Shown here: piece by piece, positions 52,533 to 64,000 of the stretch | How positions within the stretch are numbered: position 1 is the stretch's first letter | How the letters are laid out: the number at the start of each line of letters is the position of its first letter | Assembly (NCBI GenBank): GCA_964016885.1 | Contig: OZ024761.1 | Span: 28,892,001-28,956,000, forward strand | Direction of reading: 5' to 3' | Source of the DNA: Eledone cirrhosa | Taxonomy: Eukaryota | DNA: 64,000 nt | Position numbers and translations under genes: made by a program | The notes under the pieces: model-generated | What the model was told of the DNA's origin: nothing | Seen by the model: only the letters and a program-made list of their open reading frames with translations | Databases searched by the model: none

Positions 52533-52810
52533 CATCATCATCATCGTTTAACATCCATCTTCCACGCTAGCATGATATATATATATATATATATATTATC
52601 ATCATCATTTAACGTCCATCTTCTATGCTAGCATGGATATATATATATATATATATCATCATTGATTAACGTCTATCTTCCACGCTAGCATGGGTTTGAC
52701 GGGTTTGTCTCGCTCCTATAGGAGTGTTTCTGGCTGGTTTTCTACAACTGGATGCCCTTCCTAACGCTAACCACATTGACAGTGTGTGCTGGATGTTTTG
52801 TGGTACCAGC
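52533..52810 (-). mobile_element. three stacked RTE-tail fragments
   Basis: TTAAC(A/G)TC(C/T)ATCTTC(C/T)A(C/T)GCTAGCATG occurs three times, separated by (TA)n. Confidence 0.7.
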
Positions 52811-53108
52811 ATAATATATTTATATATATAGGTGCATGGCTTCATGCTTAGAGCATTGGGCTTGCAATTATGAGGTTGTGAGATCGATACCTGGATGGAC
52901 CAGTTATGCATGGTTGGTGACTGTTACTCTTCCCAGACTTGTGTCATGGAGATGCACTAGGCCTAAAACCCTTAGGGAGAGCATGGTGCATACTACTGGG
53001 TCATGCTCAATTGTGAGTGAAGACTGTAGTATATATATATATATACTACAGCCCTCACTCACAATTGAGCATGACCCAGCAGTATGGAAACTCTGCTTCG
53101 TAGAATCG

Positions 53109-53205
53109 AGACATAGCTGAGGGTCGTACGATATCAGAGTCAGGTTTGATCATTGCATCGATCGTGCCTCGAGCTGGTCGCCAGAGAAACGATTGTAATA
53201 TGTCT
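53109..53205 (+). ncRNA. hammerhead-like motif with enlarged stem II region
   Basis: AGACATAG-CTGAGGG-(about 62 nt)-GAAA-CGATTG-TA-ATATGTCT-AATAAA; core position A9 is G. Confidence 0.45.
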
Positions 53206-53250
53206 AATAAATCCAATTCGTCGTACCACTGATTCTCCGTTTCTTATGTG

Positions 53251-53283
<33 letters not shown>

Positions 53284-53286
<3 letters not shown>

Positions 53287-53878
53287 ATTAGTACAGATTA
53301 AAGTTCAAGCAAAGAATTTCTGCTTTCAGAAATATATACTTTTATATATATTAATAGCGCATTAATAGCGAGTGTCCACGTGTGTTTTTGTTATTTCAAT
53401 TCTACACAATGTTTGCTTGCCTGCTTCCATTTCACCCCGACATTGTAGCAGAGCATTTTAGTTAACGTGTTTGAGCACTACTGATGAGCGACACCAACCA
53501 TCACTAACCCAACTGAAAAGTTTTGTGAAATAGTCTTTTAAGACTATATAATGCATTTGTAGTTTTCCCAAATTGAAGGTTAAGTATTTTTTCTTGATTT
53601 TATTGAATTAAGATATTATTACTTATCCCATATCTTTCGTTAAAAATGTTTCATCTTGATGTTTATAGTCACCTATATGTCTAATTATTGTAGGCTTTTT
53701 GCTTACATTAATTTCTCCGGTGGATTGGCAGTATCGGTAGAGGGTCGGGCGCCATGCTTTGAAGCATAGAGTTACCTCCCTTTATGGTCTAAGTTCAAAT
53801 CCCGCCGAGGTTAACTTTGCCTTTCATTCTTATCGAGCCCTCTTTGGATTTTAGTCTTCAAATTTATTATTATTACTA
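53284..53878 (+). mobile_element. family F element, about 600 bp, containing a SINE-A fragment (53718-53830)
   Basis: ACAGATTAAAGTTCAAGCAAAGAAT ... TTTGGATTTTAGTCTTCAAATTTATTATTATTACTA. Confidence 0.65.
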
Positions 53879-54019
53879 TATATATATATATATATGCAAA
53901 AGACAGACAGAATTAACAAAGCAAATGACACAGTACAATGAAGAAATATATTATTAGTTTTACACTTGATATAGTAGGAAAAGAGTCTTTAACATTTCGG
54001 ACACTAGTCCTTGATGTAA

Positions 54020-54150
54020 AAATGACTTCTACATGATTTAACTTTTTCACTCATATGAAACCATCAGGGAGTAGAAGTGATTTCTATATATAATAAAGAT
54101 GCCTATAGCCTAGCAATGTACTGAGTACCTTTTTAACTGTGATTACTCCC
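54020..54150. mobile_element. family D element, rearranged; degenerate full hammerhead on the minus strand
   Basis: Minus: ACTTCTAC-TCC-CTGATGG-T TTC ATAT GAG T-GAAA..GTAGAAGT; plus: TATAATAAAGATGCC..CTGAGTACC. Confidence 0.5.
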
Positions 54151-54309
54151 AAACCAAATTCTAGAATCTACACATATATATATTTAGGAGGTGAGTTTTA
54201 TTGTAGTACAATAAAGCAATGCAGATATCGGATAAGAAGCACTCTACAGTTTGTAGGACTGGAGTATACATAATATATAAGATCAAAAAATGGTTAAATG
54301 AGTTCCATG

Positions 54310-54380
54310 TATTTTATTATGCGCATTTCAAAAACAGATATCATCATGCAATAACATTTGTGTTTTCATCAGATAAAATA
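54310..54380 (-). ncRNA. type-I hammerhead ribozyme (mirror copy)
   Basis: Reverse complement of 54499-54569. Confidence 0.75.
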
Positions 54381-54498
54381 GGAGGACATGATATGAAGGT
54401 TAAAAACACTTGTGGATAGTGCAGTTTTAAATCAACATATCATATGTTGATTTAAGACTGCACTATCCACAAGTGTTTTTAACCTTCATATCATGTCC

Positions 54499-54569
54499 TA
54501 TTTTATCTGATGAAAACACAAATGTTATTGCATGATGATATCTGTTTTTGAAATGCGCATAATAAAATA
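54499..54569 (+). ncRNA. type-I hammerhead ribozyme
   Basis: TATTTTAT-CTGATGA-16-bp stem II (3 GU, 2 mismatches, GCAT loop)-GAAA-TGCGCA-TA-ATAAAATA; perfect 8-bp stem I and palindromic stem III. Confidence 0.75.
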
Positions 54570-54814
54570 CATGGAACTCATTTAACCATCTTTTGATCTT
54601 ATATATTATATATATATTTATATATTCCGTAGAAAATAATATACGATCGTTTCAGAGGGTTAATCATATCGATATATTGACTGATGTATAACACTGAATT
54701 ACATTCAGATGGATGGATTACACGAGTTCTAACTACAGTATAGACACTCCCGCGAAAGGTAGACTACATTGAATTGTGTGTGTGTGTATATATATATACA
54801 TATATATTTTTCTA

Positions 54815-55031
54815 ACTGATCGACTTTCGTCAAATCGGACCGAGGAAACCATGTTTCCGTCGGTCTTTCCAGTTGCTAATACTATCTATCAGTCGCAACT
54901 CCCGGTAGAAGGAGCAACGTGAAATAAAGTGTCTTGCTCAAGGACATAACGCATCGCCCGGTCCAAGAATCGAACTCACAACCTCGAGACTGTGAATCCA
55001 ATTTTCTAACCACTCAGCCACACGCCTTCAC
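54815..55031 (-). mobile_element. CORE-type SINE (tail variant 4)
   Basis: tRNA head plus CCTTGAGCAAGACACTTTATTTCACGTTGCTCC, with tail GATTTGACGAAAGTCGATC; second copy at 63815-64000. Confidence 0.75.
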
Positions 55032-55059
55032 AAATACATATATATATGTATGTAAAAGG

Positions 55060-55175
55060 TAAACAGAAATAACACAATTGGTACAGTATATGGAAGGAAT
55101 ATATTAGGTTATCACTTGAAATAGCAGGAAGAATGTCTTAACGTTTTGGACGCTAGTCCTTCATCAAAAGAAAGA
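55060..55175 (-). mobile_element. short element with degenerate minimal hammerhead (family G)
   Basis: TTGATGA-AGGAC-TAGC-GTCC-AAAA-CGT-TA; the paralog at 53915-54015 keeps GTCC-GAAA, and a similar motif lies at 26212-26240. Confidence 0.45.
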
Positions 55176-55471
55176 ACGAAAAATTAGAAAGATTCAAGGG
55201 ACAGGCCGGATGCAATCAGAAAAAATGTCTTTAGAGAAAAATAACAGGTCCATTCATGTTGACATCTCTTGGAAAACTGTTGGTGTTGGCGAGAGAATGA
55301 AATACATAATAAAATATGTCTGATAATAGGGGATAAAATACCACCCTGGTAAAGAACATAGTATGTGTCTTTCTAATGGGCTCGGAGTCTGTTCCTTGAG
55401 CTTATTTGATCGTAGGGGATTATTGTGAGTGTTTAACTCAAACGTTTGATTTGATATATAATAGTAATATT

Positions 55472-55656
55472 AATTGTTTCTATTTTTAGGCACAAGGCCA
55501 GCAATAACTCAGTACATTACTGGTACTTTATTTTATCGACCCCGTAAGGATGAAAGGCAAAGTTAACTTCGGTGGGATTTGAACTCAGAATGGCAAGGGC
55601 CATAACTCTATGCGTCAAAGCATGGCGTCCGACCCTTTACCGATACTGCCAATCCG
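55472..55656 (-). mobile_element. SINE family A
   Basis: Reverse complement of 11199-11380. Confidence 0.85.
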
Positions 55657-55776
55657 CACACTCTGTCTGATACTTTATAGGTAATACATTAAGGTACACA
55701 AGACGTAGTGTGCTTACGTCTGTTTACACTACAGACAGTCTTGATTAACAGATCAAACCAACATTTCTTTACTTGA

Positions 55777-55816
<40 letters not shown>

Positions 55817-55883
55817 CTTTACTTGAAATAATATATATATATATATATATATTTCTTTACTTGAAATAATATATATATATATA

Positions 55884-56160
55884 TACCAAATCAACTTTTT
55901 AAATGGAAGTTGCATTATTATAAGGTATGTCAAAAATTATTTATAAAACAGCTTATGTATTGTATTTTGTCTGAGGAAGGCATACCATATTTTTAATATG
56001 ATATCCCAGAAATATATATAACAAAATAAATATGGTTTTATAAATATAGTTTCCATTTGTTTAATATCGTAAACCTACTCCAGAAACTGTTGAGTGCTTT
56101 TATATCAGTTATAAAATATTTACTCGTTGTAACCCAACAATCTTAAATAAAACTTTTGCA
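55884..56160 (+). mobile_element. 277-bp HHR-bearing element, colinear form
   Basis: Paralog of 18347-18623; HHR at 55963-56028 (TATTTTGT-CTGAGGA..GAAA-TATATA-TA-ACAAAATA); flanked by (TA)n. Confidence 0.85.
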
Positions 56161-56344
56161 TATATATATATATATATATTTAAATATTTATATATGGTTA
56201 CATATATATAAATACATATAATAGACACATACACACACATATATATATACATACACATGCACAATATTTAAATATCAGATCAGATAAGATATGATGTTTT
56301 CAATTATCACGAAACAACAAACAACACTTTGTCAATTAGACAAA

Positions 56345-58137
56345 GTGTTGTGTCTATATGTGTTGTGTTGTGTTTTGTGTGTGTGTGTTGTGTTTGGTGT
56401 GTGTGTTGTGTTTGGTGTGTGTGTGTGTGTTGTGTTTGGTGTGTGTGTGTTGTGTTTGGTGTGTGTGTGTTGTGTTTGGTGTGTGTGTGTTGTGTTTGGT
56501 GTGTGTGTACTGTAGTATTTGTGTGTTGTTGTGTATGTGTGTATTGTAGTATTTGTGTGTTGGGGTTTGGTGTGTGTGTGTTGTGTATGATGTGTGTGTT
56601 GGTGTGTGTGTGCCGTGTGTTGGGGTTTGGTGTGTGTGTCGTATGTTGTGTGTGGGGGTTTGGTGTGTGTGTGTCGTGTGTTGTGTGTGTGGGTTTGGTG
56701 TGTTTGTCTTGTGTTGTGTGTGTGGGTTTGGTGAGTGTGTGTCGTGTGTTGTGTGTGGGGTTTAGTGTTTGGGTGTCGTGTGTTGTGTATGTGGGTTTGG
56801 TGTGTCTGTGTTTGTGTCTGTGTGTGTGTCTGTGCCTGTGTGTGTTTGTGAGTGTGTGTGTGTATGTGTGTGTGTGTTTGTGTGTGTTTGTGTGTGTGTT
56901 TGTGTGTGTGTTTATGTCTCTGTGTGTGTGTTTGTGTGTGTGTTTATGTCTGTGTTTGTGTGTGTGTGTGTTTATGTTTGTGTCTGTGTGTCTGTCTGTG
57001 TGTGTGTTTGTGTCTGTGTGTGTGTCTGTGTGTGTGTTTGTGTGTGTGTTTGTGTCTGTGTGTGTGTCTGTGTGTGTGTCTGTGTGTGTGTCTGTGTGTG
57101 TGTTTGTGTCTGTGCATGTAAGTGTATGTATGTGTTTGGTGAGTTTTGTGTTGCCTATACAATGTAAATTAATAGTAGAAAAGGTTTTGGTAGTAGTAGT
57201 AGTAGTAGTAGTAGTAGCAGTAGTAGTAGTAGTAGTAGTAGTAGCAGTAGTAGTGGTAGTGGTGGTAGTAGTAGTAGTCGTAGTAATAGTGTTGGTAGTA
57301 GTAGTAGTAATTGTGGTCATGGTAATGGTAGTAGTAGTAGTAGTGGTGGTGGTAGAAGTGCTGTTGTTAGGGTAGTAGTAGTAGTAGTAATATTAGTAGT
57401 GGTGGTGGTAGTGGTAGTAGTAGTAGTAGTAGTAGTAGTAATAGTAGTAGTGGTGGTGATAGTAGCAGTAGTAGTAATAGTAGTAGTGGTGGTGGTGGTA
57501 GTAGTAGTAGTAGTAATAGTAGTAGTGGTGGTGGTAGTAGCAGCAGTAGTAGCAGTAGTAGTAATAGTAGTAGTGGTGGTGGTGGTAGTAGTAGTAATAG
57601 TAGTAGTGGTGGTGGTAGTAGCAGCAGTAGTAGCAGTAGTAGTAATAGTAGTAGTGGTGGTGGTGGTGGTGGAGGTAGTAGTAGTAGTAATAGTAGTAGT
57701 GGTGGTGGTAGTAGCAGTAGTTATAAATACATCCTTTGATGTAGTAGTTAATACACCTCATTGTTGTTGTAAATAATATTGTTTTGTAGTTATAACTCCC
57801 TTTGTTGATCTATTACTGTTGTTGTTGTTGTCGTTGTTGTTGTTGATATTACTGTTGTTGTTGTTGTCAATGTTGTTGTTGTTGATATTACTGTTGTTGT
57901 CTATATTACTGTTGTTGTTGTTGTTAATATTACTGCTGTTGTTGTTGCTGTCTATATGACTGTTATTGTTGTTGTTATTGTGTTATTGTTGTTGTTGTTG
58001 TTGCTCGGTTGTTGTCTATATTACTGTTGTTGTTGTCAATGTTGTTGTTGTTGTTGTTGTCTATATTACTGTTGTTGTTGTCAATGTTGTTGTTATTACT
58101 GTTGTTGTTGTTATTGTGTTGTTGCTGTGTTGTTGTT

Positions 58138-58169
<32 letters not shown>

Positions 58170-60050
58170 GTTGTTGTTGTCTATATTACTGTTATTGTTG
58201 TTGTTATTGTGTTATTGTTGTTGTTGTTGTTGTTGTTGCGCTGTTGTTGTTGTGTTGTTGTCTATATTACTGTTGTTGTTGTTGTTATTGTGTTATTGTT
58301 GTTGTTGTTGTTGCTCTGTTGTTGTGTTGTTGTCTATATTACTGTTGTTGTTGTTGTTAATATTACTGCTGTTGTTGTTGTCTATATTACTGTTATTGTT
58401 ATTGTGTTATTGTTGTTGTTGTTATTGTTGTTGTTGTTGTTGTCTATATTACTGTTGTTGTTGTTGTTATTGTGTTGTTGTTGCTCTGTTGTGTTGTCTA
58501 TATTACTGTTGTTGTTGTTAATATTACTGTAGTTGTTGTTAATATTACCGTAGTTGTTGTTGTTAATATTAGTGTTGTTGTTGTTGTTGTTGTTAATATT
58601 ACTGTAGTTGTTGTTGTTGTTGTTGTTGTTAATATTACTGTAGTTGTTGTAATATTACTGTAGTTGTTGTTGTAATATTATCTCCTTTTCTACTTCTGCT
58701 GATAAAAACAATTGTAATTTATTTTCAAACCCTACCCAAAACCCAGCCTTCCCCTTAGACTACTCTTATCTCACCATCATCACCACCACCACCACCACAG
58801 CCAACACCTCACCACCACCATCACCACCACAGCCAACACCACCATCACCATCACCACAACCACCACCACCACCAACACCACCATCACCACCACCACCACC
58901 ACAGCCAACACCACCATCATCACCACTAACACCACCATCACCATCACCACCACCACCACCACAGCCAACATCACCACCACCATCACCACCACAGCCAACA
59001 CCACTACCAACACTACCAACAACACCACTATCACCACCACCACTATGAGCACCACCACCACCAACACACCACCACCACCACCATCACAGCAAACACCACT
59101 ACCAACACTACCAACAACACCCCCACCACTACGACGACCACCACCACCACAACCAACACCACTACCACCACCATCACCACAACCAACACTACCAACAACA
59201 CCACTACCACCACCATCACCATAACCAACACCACTACCAACACTACCAACAACACCACTATCACCACCACCACTACGACCACCACCACCACCACCATCAC
59301 CAACACCACCACCATCACCACAACCAGCACCACAACCAGCACCACAACCAACACTACCAACAACACCACCACCACCACCACCTTAACGTCTTTTTCTAGA
59401 CTTTTCCAAAATGAGAAAGAAACACCTGCCAATCTGGTGGTGGCGAAGAAGAAGATATGTGATGGTGATGATGATGGTGATGGTGGTGTGATGATGGTGG
59501 TGATGATGGTGGTGATGATGGTGGTGATGATGGTGGTGATGATGGTGGTGATGATGGTGGTGGTGATGATGGTGGTGATGATGGTGGTGATGGTGGTGGT
59601 GGTGGTGGTGATGGTGGTGATGGTGGTGGTGGTGATGGTGGTGATGATGGTGGTGATGATGGTGGTGATGATGGTGGTGATGATGGTGGTGATGATGGTG
59701 GTGATGATGGTGGTGATGATGGTGGTGATGATGGTGGTGATGATGGTGGTGATGATGGTGGTGATGATGGTGGTGATGATGGTGGTGATGATGGTGGTGA
59801 TGATGGTGGTGATGGTGGTGGTGATGATGGTGTGATGATGGTGGTGATGATGATGGTGGTGATCATCATCATCACCATTATCATCATTATCATCATCACC
59901 ATCATCAACATCACCACCATCATCACCAACACCATCACCATCATCATCATCACCATTATCATCATCATCATCATCACCAACATCATCATCATCATCACCA
60001 ACATCATCACCAACATCATCACCATCACCATCATCATCATCACCACTACC
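56345..60050. repeat. run of simple repeats: (GT)n, (GTA)n, (GTT)n with TATATTACT anchor, (CAC)n, (GATGGTGGT)n, (CAT)n
   Basis: Direct reading. Confidence 0.95.
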
Positions 60051-60309
60051 ACTGTTAATATGTTGGTAATTATTTCTCCCCCTCCCAACCACCCAATGTC
60101 GGCCATGTTTCAATTGAACAACTGGCGACAATGTTGATGATAACATCTCTAGTGCTGGTGACATGATAAACTACACCCAGTACACTCTGTAAAGAGGTAG
60201 TAGGGGTGATATTGCAGTGGTGGTGGTGGTGGTGGTGATGGTGGAGTAGCAGTGGAGGTATTAACAGCGGTGGTAGTAGTAGTAATAGTGGTGGTGGTAG
60301 TAGTAGTAC

Positions 60310-60345
<36 letters not shown>

Positions 60346-60366
60346 CAACAGCAGTAGTAGTGGTGA

Positions 60367-60419
<53 letters not shown>

Positions 60420-60797
60420 ATGGTGGTGGTGGTAGTAGTAGTAGTAGTAATGGGGGTAGTAGTAGTAGTAGTTGTTGTATCAGCAGCAGCAGTGTTGGTG
60501 GTAGTAGTACTAGTAGTACTGTTAGTATTAATAGTAGCAGCAGCAGCAACAGTTGTAGTAATGGTGATGACATTTGAAATCTCTCTCTCCCCCTCTCCTC
60601 CCCCTTCTCTCTCTCTGTCTCTGTGTTTTTCTCCTATTATAATTGTAACTGTGTGACAATAAATTGAGCCATAGATTATTTTAAGAAGCCATAACACTGA
60701 TTAGCTGTCAGGGTAGAAAGAAATATTGCACAGCCTCCTTGTTGCATAGTTTACTTTCTAGATTCTATTTTCTAACAGTTATGAAGGATAGAAAGGG

Positions 60798-61400
60798 CGT
60801 GGTGGTGGTGGTGGTGGTGGTGGTCGTCGTCTTAATGGTGGTAGTGGTGGTGGTGGTGGTGGTGGTGGTAGTGGTGGTGGTGTTGGTGGATGTCGTCGTC
60901 TTAATGGTGGTGGTGGTGTTGGTGGTGGTGGTGGTGTTGGTGGTGTTCGTCATCGTCGTCTTAATGGTGGTGGTGGTGGTGGTGGTGGTGGTGGTGGTCG
61001 TCGTCGTCTTAATGGTGGTGGTGGTGGTGGTCGTCGTCGTCGTCTTAATGGTGGTGGTGGTGGTCGTCGTCGTCGTCGTCGTCGTCTTAATGGTGGTGGT
61101 GGTGGTGTTGGTGGATGTCGTTGTCTTAATGGTGGTGGTGGTGTTGGTGTTCGTCGTCGTCGTCTTAATGGTGGTGGTGGTGGTGGTGGTCGTCGTCGTC
61201 TTAATGGTGGTGGTGGTGGTGGTGGTCGTCGTCTTAATGGTGGTGGTGGTGGTGTTGGTGGATGTCGTCGTCTTAATGGTCGTGGTGGTGGTGTTGGTGT
61301 TCGTTGTCGTCGTCTTAATGGTGGTAGTGTTGGTGGTGGTGGTGGTGGTGGTCGTTCTCTTAATGGTGGTGGTGGTGTTGGTGGGGAGGTGTTAATGGTA
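60798..61400. repeat. minisatellite (GTC)n-TTAAT-(GGT)n
   Basis: Direct reading. Confidence 0.9.
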
Positions 61401-62411
61401 GGTGTGGTGTTGTTGTTGTTGTTGTTAGTAGTGGTGGTGGTGGTGGTGTTATTGGTAGGGGTGGTGTTGTTGTTGTTTTTAGTGTTGGTGGTGGTGATCG
61501 TCGTCGTCATAATGATGGTGGTGTTTGTGGTAGTGTTGTTGGTGGGGGGAGGTGGCATTGTTGTTAGTGATGGTGTTGTTGGTAGTAGTGGTGGTGGTGG
61601 TGTTGGTCCTAATGGTGGGAGGTGTGGTAAAGATGGTGTTGGTGGTGGTGTTATTGGTGCTGGTACAAGTGGTAGTGGTGGTATTAATGATGGTGTTGTT
61701 GATGTTAGTACTACTAGTGGCATTGTGTATAAATGTATTTGTGTGATTTTGTGTATACAGATGTGTATGCATATAAATGTGTATATGTGTGAACATGAAT
61801 GCATATGTGCGCGCGTGTGTGTGTGTGTACTCGAGTATAAATATGTCTGTATGCAATTTTGTATGCATAAATATGTAGCTGTGATTTTGTGTATGTAGAT
61901 GTGTATGCATATTTGTGTGTGAGAGAGTGTGTGTATATGTGTGCGTATTTGAGAATAAATATGTGTGTATGCGATTTTGTATGCATAAATATGTAGCTGT
62001 GATTTTGTGTATATAGATGTGTATGCATATTTGTGTGTGAGAGAGTGTGTGTATATGTGTGAGTATGAATGCATGTGTGCGTATTTAAGAATAAATATGT
62101 GTGTATGCGATTTTGTATGCATAAATATTTAGGTGTGTATTTGTGTACATAAATCTATGTGTGTTTCTATATAAATGTGTATATGTATGTCTAGAAATTC
62201 TCTAAGAGTATATATATATGTGCATAAATATGTGTGAATGTATGAGTGTGTGCATAAATGTATGTATATGTGTATTTAATGTATGTATATGTGAATATAT
62301 AAAATATGCATTTGTGTATATAAATGTATGTGTATGGATCTTTATATGTATATGCGTATTATGAATATTTATATATAAATATGTAATTGTGTGAATATTT
62401 GTCTGTATGAA

Positions 62412-62757
62412 TCATCATCATCATCATCATCATCATTTCATTTTACGTCCGCTTTTTCCCTGCTTGCAAGGGTGGGACGGGAACTGATGCTGGCTTGATT
62501 TCTACAGCTGGATGCCCTTCCTAACACCAACCTCATTTACAGTGAGTGCTGGGTGCTTTTTTGCGGTGGCACCTCCACAACCACTTTGCAGTGGAATGAT
62601 ATGGACCCAGTCCCTATCATCTCATTTCTACAGCTGAGTAAACTGGAGCAATGTGAAATAAAGTGTCTTGCTCAAGGAAACAACTCATCACCCGGTCTGA
62701 GAATTGAACTCGCAACCTTTCGATTGCAAGGCCAATGATCTAACCACTAAGCCATGT
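62412..62757 (-). mobile_element. CORE-type SINE family B
   Basis: As 17431-17772. Confidence 0.85.
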
Positions 62758-62801
62758 GTATAAATGTATATATATATATATATACATACATATATACATA
62801 T

Positions 62802-62886
<85 letters not shown>

Positions 62887-63501
62887 AATATGTATGTATG
62901 TATGTTTATATGTATGGATGTATGTGTGTATGCATATTTCTGTGTATAAATGTATATGTATATATATATATATATATATATACAGTGATACACAGAAATA
63001 TTCACACACACACACTCATATATATATATGTGCGTGTGTTTGTGTGTGTGTGTGAACATTTCTGCATATAAATGTACGTACATATGTCTATGTACGTGTA
63101 TATGTATAACCGTGTGTTTGTGTGTCACATAATTCAATTTATCGACATGGTCAGTCACCTGTGCCAGTTCTTCACATCAGAATGACCACTCAGCTCAACA
63201 CCACACACACACAAATTTATTAAGCCTGATCCCTGGTGAAATTAGGAAATCCAGATGATCCTAATGGCACCCGCCTTCTTAACCTCCACCCCACCAACAC
63301 CCCGACCCCTCCCCCCACCCCATGATCAAACAGCCACAACTCAGGAATCGGATGAGCGTGAAATTGCTTATAGGATATATTAATTGGCCGATGAACGTAG
63401 CTGAGATAAAAAGTGACGACGTGTTATGTGAGATGATATTTGTGATATTTTGATAGAGAGAGGTGTATATATTGACTGTCAGGGTGGTGTATATAGATAT
63501 A

Positions 63502-63541
<40 letters not shown>

Positions 63542-63586
63542 AGTGATATTGAGACAGTTATAGTGATATATTGACTGTCATGGTGG

Positions 63587-63619
<33 letters not shown>

Positions 63620-63726
63620 GTGTATATATATACATATATATATATATATCTGTATATCAGTGATATCAATATTTATAGTGGTTTATTTATATTTATACAT
63701 ATACATAACTATATATATGAATCTAT

Positions 63727-63802
<76 letters not shown>

Positions 63803-63814
63803 ATTTATATAGGA

Positions 63815-64000
63815 ATGATCGACTTTCGTCAAATCACTACGAATGAAACAATGTTTCCATTGGTCTTTCCAATTGCTAATACTATCTATCAGTTGCAACT
63901 CCAGGTAGAAGGAGCAACGTGAAATAAAGTGTCTTGCTCAAGGACATAACGCATCACCCGGTACGGGAATCGAACTCACAACCTCACGATTGTGAATCAA
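63815..64000 (-). mobile_element. CORE-type SINE (tail variant 4), cut by the window edge
   Basis: Colinear with 54815-55000. Confidence 0.75.

Larger units (their letters stand above)
54186..54608. mobile_element. HHR-bearing element fixed as an about 340-bp palindrome
   Basis: 54271-54440 mirrors 54443-54608; the element 3' end extends to about 54186 on the minus strand. Confidence 0.85.

Overview
Non-genic, AT-rich eukaryotic DNA, not a prokaryotic region. The SINE sequences and the extreme (TA)n/(AAT)n/(CAT)n microsatellite load suggest an octopod (cephalopod) genome; this is an inference from pattern recognition, not a database result. I found no intact protein-coding gene, and nearly all listed ORFs are translations of microsatellites. 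Recognisable content: tRNA-derived SINEs (a plain family and CORE-type families with swappable 3' tails), 3' remnants of RTE and Tx1/L1-like LINEs, a decayed Penelope-like element (RT thumb plus GIY-YIG, Naiad-like), TTAA, hAT, mariner and pogo-type DNA-transposon remnants, and several satellites. The most notable signal is a dense set of short, mutually diverged elements inserted in (TA)n tracts. They carry type-I hammerhead-ribozyme (HHR) motifs, several share a GAGTRC box about 40-60 nt from the 3' end, and they are repeatedly fixed as inversions or palindromes consistent with twin priming. Also notable: two satellites grown from one RTE ORF remnant, Tx1-like elements stacked in microsatellite targets, and one candidate 75-nt minus-strand exon.
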